The notes under the pieces were generated by a model. It saw only the letters and a program-made list of their open reading frames with translations, did no database searches and had not been told where the DNA came from. 64,000 nucleotides of DNA from an uncultured Chloroflexia bacterium. GTDB taxonomy: Bacteria; Chloroflexota; UBA6077; JACCZL01. Below, in pieces: positions 61,941 to 64,000 of the stretch (positions within the stretch are counted from its first letter, which is position 1; every line of letters starts with the position of its first letter). The stretch covers positions 224,001-288,000 of the forward strand of contig CAVXYC010000015.1 of the NCBI GenBank assembly GCA_963765765.1, read 5' to 3'. The position numbers and the translations under genes were made by a program.

Positions 61941-63535
61941 GCACGAAAAGCGTTCCCTCAAAGGGCATGGTGGCAAAACCATCGGTCGTCTCATTCGATA
62001 CGCTTCGGACTGTCGCGGGATTCCTTGGGCCGATCCTTCTTCTCGCGGCGATCGGCTACTGGCTGGTCAACAGCGCCTTCGACACTCCAATGCGACTCCT
62101 GCTGGCTGGCGGGATCGTGCTCGTTGGCGTCTACGTTGCCATTGATCCCGAGGACGTCTGGTCTCGTCTGACCGCGCGCGGCAGCATTTATGGCGGCAAC
62201 ACTCTGGTGATTGCCCTGGCGTTCCTGGCGATTCTGGGACTTTTGAATGTGCTCGGACAGCGACGTCACGAGCGCTGGGACCTCACGCTCAACAAGACCT
62301 TCACACTTTCTGATCAGACCGTTCAGATCGTGGGAAGCTTGCCCCAGCCGGTCAACATGATCGCGTTCTACTCCGATCAGGATTCACGTCGGAATGACGT
62401 TCAAGACCTACTGCGTGAGTACGAGACTCGATCAAACGGCAAGGTCACGTACGAATTCATCGATCCTGAGGCGCGCCCGTCGGTAGCGCAGCAATATCAG
62501 ATCAGGGAATTCGGAACCACCATTCTTACTATGGGCGATCAGCAGCAGCGCGTTACCGGTACGCGTGAATCGGATTTCACAACCGGGCTGCTCAAGCTGG
62601 TCAACCCGAGCCAGAAGAAGATCTACTTCACCACCGGCCACGGTGAGCGCCGCATCGACGCTTCTGACGATCGTGCCTACAGTCAGCTCAAGACGAGTCT
62701 CGAATCAGACAACTTCCAGGTTGACACGCTGAACCTCTTCGCTACGGGACAAGTTCCGGCCGATGCGTCGGTGGTGGTCATCGCCGACCCGCGCTCGCCG
62801 TTCTTTGATGAGGAGAAGCTCGCTATAAGCCTCTATCTTGATCAGGGTGGGCACCTGCTGCTACTCGGTGAACCCAGGCAGCCTGTGAACCTTTCGGAAT
62901 TCGTCGCCAAGTGGAATATCTCCATCGGGAATGATCCAGTAGCTGAGGACCCGCGGTTCACGCTGGGGGGTGACCCGCTTACGCCCGCGGTGGTCAGGTA
63001 TCCCGTCCACAAGATCACTGAGCAGCTTCCTGCGACGGTCTACCCGTTTACCGCGGCTGTGACGTACCCCAAGGGGTCTGATGTCCCACGTGGTACATCA
63101 ATCACCAGCCTCGTTGAGACGTCGCCAAATAGCTGGGTTGAGACGGACCAGAACCAGGTCCGATTCGATGAGGATGTAGAGACGCGGGGGACGGTTTCAC
63201 TCGCAGTCGCCACTGAAGTCACGCTCAATCCGGATGCGTCGACAACCGATCCGGACAATAAGAGCCCCAAAACACGATTTGTGGTGTTCGGCGACGCTGA
63301 CTTTGTCTCCAATGCCGCCTTTCGCTTGCCTGTTGGTAACCGCGATCTCTTCCTGAACTCTGCCAATTGGGTAGCAGAATCCGAGGAGCTCATATCGATC
63401 CGACCCAAGCCAAATGACCAGCGTCAGGTGTTCCTCACCGGGGCGCAGCAGAATCTGGTCTTCTTCTCCACGACGCTATTCCTCCCACTGCTCGTCTTCG
63501 CGGGTGGACTCATCGTCTGGTGGACTCGCAGGTAA
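61928..63535 (+). CDS. GldG-family ABC accessory protein
   Basis: WDLT...FTLS, YFTTGHGE, VFGDADF, N.DLFLN..NW, terminal WWTRR. Confidence 0.88.
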   Translation: MERLSTKSVPSKGMVAKPSVVSFDTLRTVAGFLGPILLLAAIGYWLVNSAFDTPMRLLLAGGIVLVGVYVAIDPEDVWSRLTARGSIYGGNTLVIALAFLAILGLLNVLGQRRHERWDLTLNKTFTLSDQTVQIVGSLPQPVNMIAFYSDQDSRRNDVQDLLREYETRSNGKVTYEFIDPEARPSVAQQYQIREFGTTILTMGDQQQRVTGTRESDFTTGLLKLVNPSQKKIYFTTGHGERRIDASDDRAYSQLKTSLESDNFQVDTLNLFATGQVPADASVVVIADPRSPFFDEEKLAISLYLDQGGHLLLLGEPRQPVNLSEFVAKWNISIGNDPVAEDPRFTLGGDPLTPAVVRYPVHKITEQLPATVYPFTAAVTYPKGSDVPRGTSITSLVETSPNSWVETDQNQVRFDEDVETRGTVSLAVATEVTLNPDASTTDPDNKSPKTRFVVFGDADFVSNAAFRLPVGNRDLFLNSANWVAESEELISIRPKPNDQRQVFLTGAQQNLVFFSTTLFLPLLVFAGGLIVWWTRR

Positions 63536-63560
63536 GGCGGGTCGGCGCGGAAATACAATA

Positions 63561-64000
63561 ATGAATCCTCGACTCACTATTGGCATGCTCGTCGTGCTTG
63601 CGGCACTTGGCATTGGTGTCTACTTTTCTGAATTCCGCGCGGGAAGCTCAGCTACGCCTCCGGCCGCGCCAAGCGCTCCGGGAGCGCCCCCAGCTCCCGC
63701 GGAGAAAGAAGACCCGCTGCTGCAGATGTATCAGATTGACGACAAGGAGATCGCCAAGCTGGAGTTCTTGAAGGGTGGAGTCGTGACTACCCTGACAAAG
63801 GACGGCGATGATTGGGTGCTTCAGCCGAGCGGCGAGCCGGCCGAGCGCTTTCGCGTGAATAGCCTGCTCGTTCGCGTGGCGTCGCTCAAGGCCAATCGGC
63901 GCATTGCCGAGCCCACCGAAGATCTCCAGGTATACGGACTTGCGTCCCCGGAGATGATCATGCGACTCTGGCGCCAGGACGATTCACTATATGAGCTTAT
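63561..64000 (+). CDS. DUF4340-domain protein (3' truncated by window)
   Basis: Manual translation MNPRLTIGMLVVLAALGIGVYF...DLQVYGLASP; usual fourth gene of GldA/F/G-like clusters. Confidence 0.75.
   Translation, partial: MNPRLTIGMLVVLAALGIGVYFSEFRAGSSATPPAAPSAPGAPPAPAEKEDPLLQMYQIDDKEIAKLEFLKGGVVTTLTKDGDDWVLQPSGEPAERFRVNSLLVRVASLKANRRIAEPTEDLQVYGLASPEMIMRLWRQDDSLYEL

Noticed and set aside
60283-64000. GldA/F/G-like genes as gliding motility machinery
   Set aside because: This ABC cluster is widespread outside Bacteroidota and no other gliding or T9SS genes are present

Overview
A GC-rich bacterial chromosomal segment, mostly housekeeping, with no CRISPR array, prophage, rRNA or tRNA that I can see. 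Gene content (lgt, plsY/gpsA, yvcK, comEA/comEC, ECF sigma/zf-HC2 pairs, split cytochrome b6-type complex, no outer-membrane genes) suggests a monoderm, most likely Chloroflexota (inference). Main blocks: gnd-zwf-HAD; a two-component system divergent from htpX; lhr-nei; a stand-alone ribA plus WD40 remnant; a complete ISAs1-family element (17-bp IRs, 10-bp target duplication); an FMN riboswitch with ribD-ribE-ribBA-ribH; plsY/gpsA; yvcK-secG-comEA-comEC; an osmoprotectant ABC transporter; a SigH/SigR-like sigma-antisigma pair; lgt; cytochrome b/subunit IV/Rieske; holB; a second ECF pair; GT2 genes; a Gld-like ABC exporter. Many single-base frameshifts, some in normally essential genes, point to long-read consensus errors, so pseudogene calls are tentative. 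Best leads: (1) two paralogous small proteins of a family I do not recognise (RDxFLxRLRR...STYWDCxRL) bracketing the redox-type sigma/antisigma-lgt block, the first preceded by three 24-bp repeats and a SigR/SigH-like promoter; (2) a ribA-WD40 (toxB-toxC-like) relic; (3) a RibD with a degenerate reductase domain; (4) an A5G5 slippage site in the ISAs1 transposase; (5) several unassigned structured intergenic regions.
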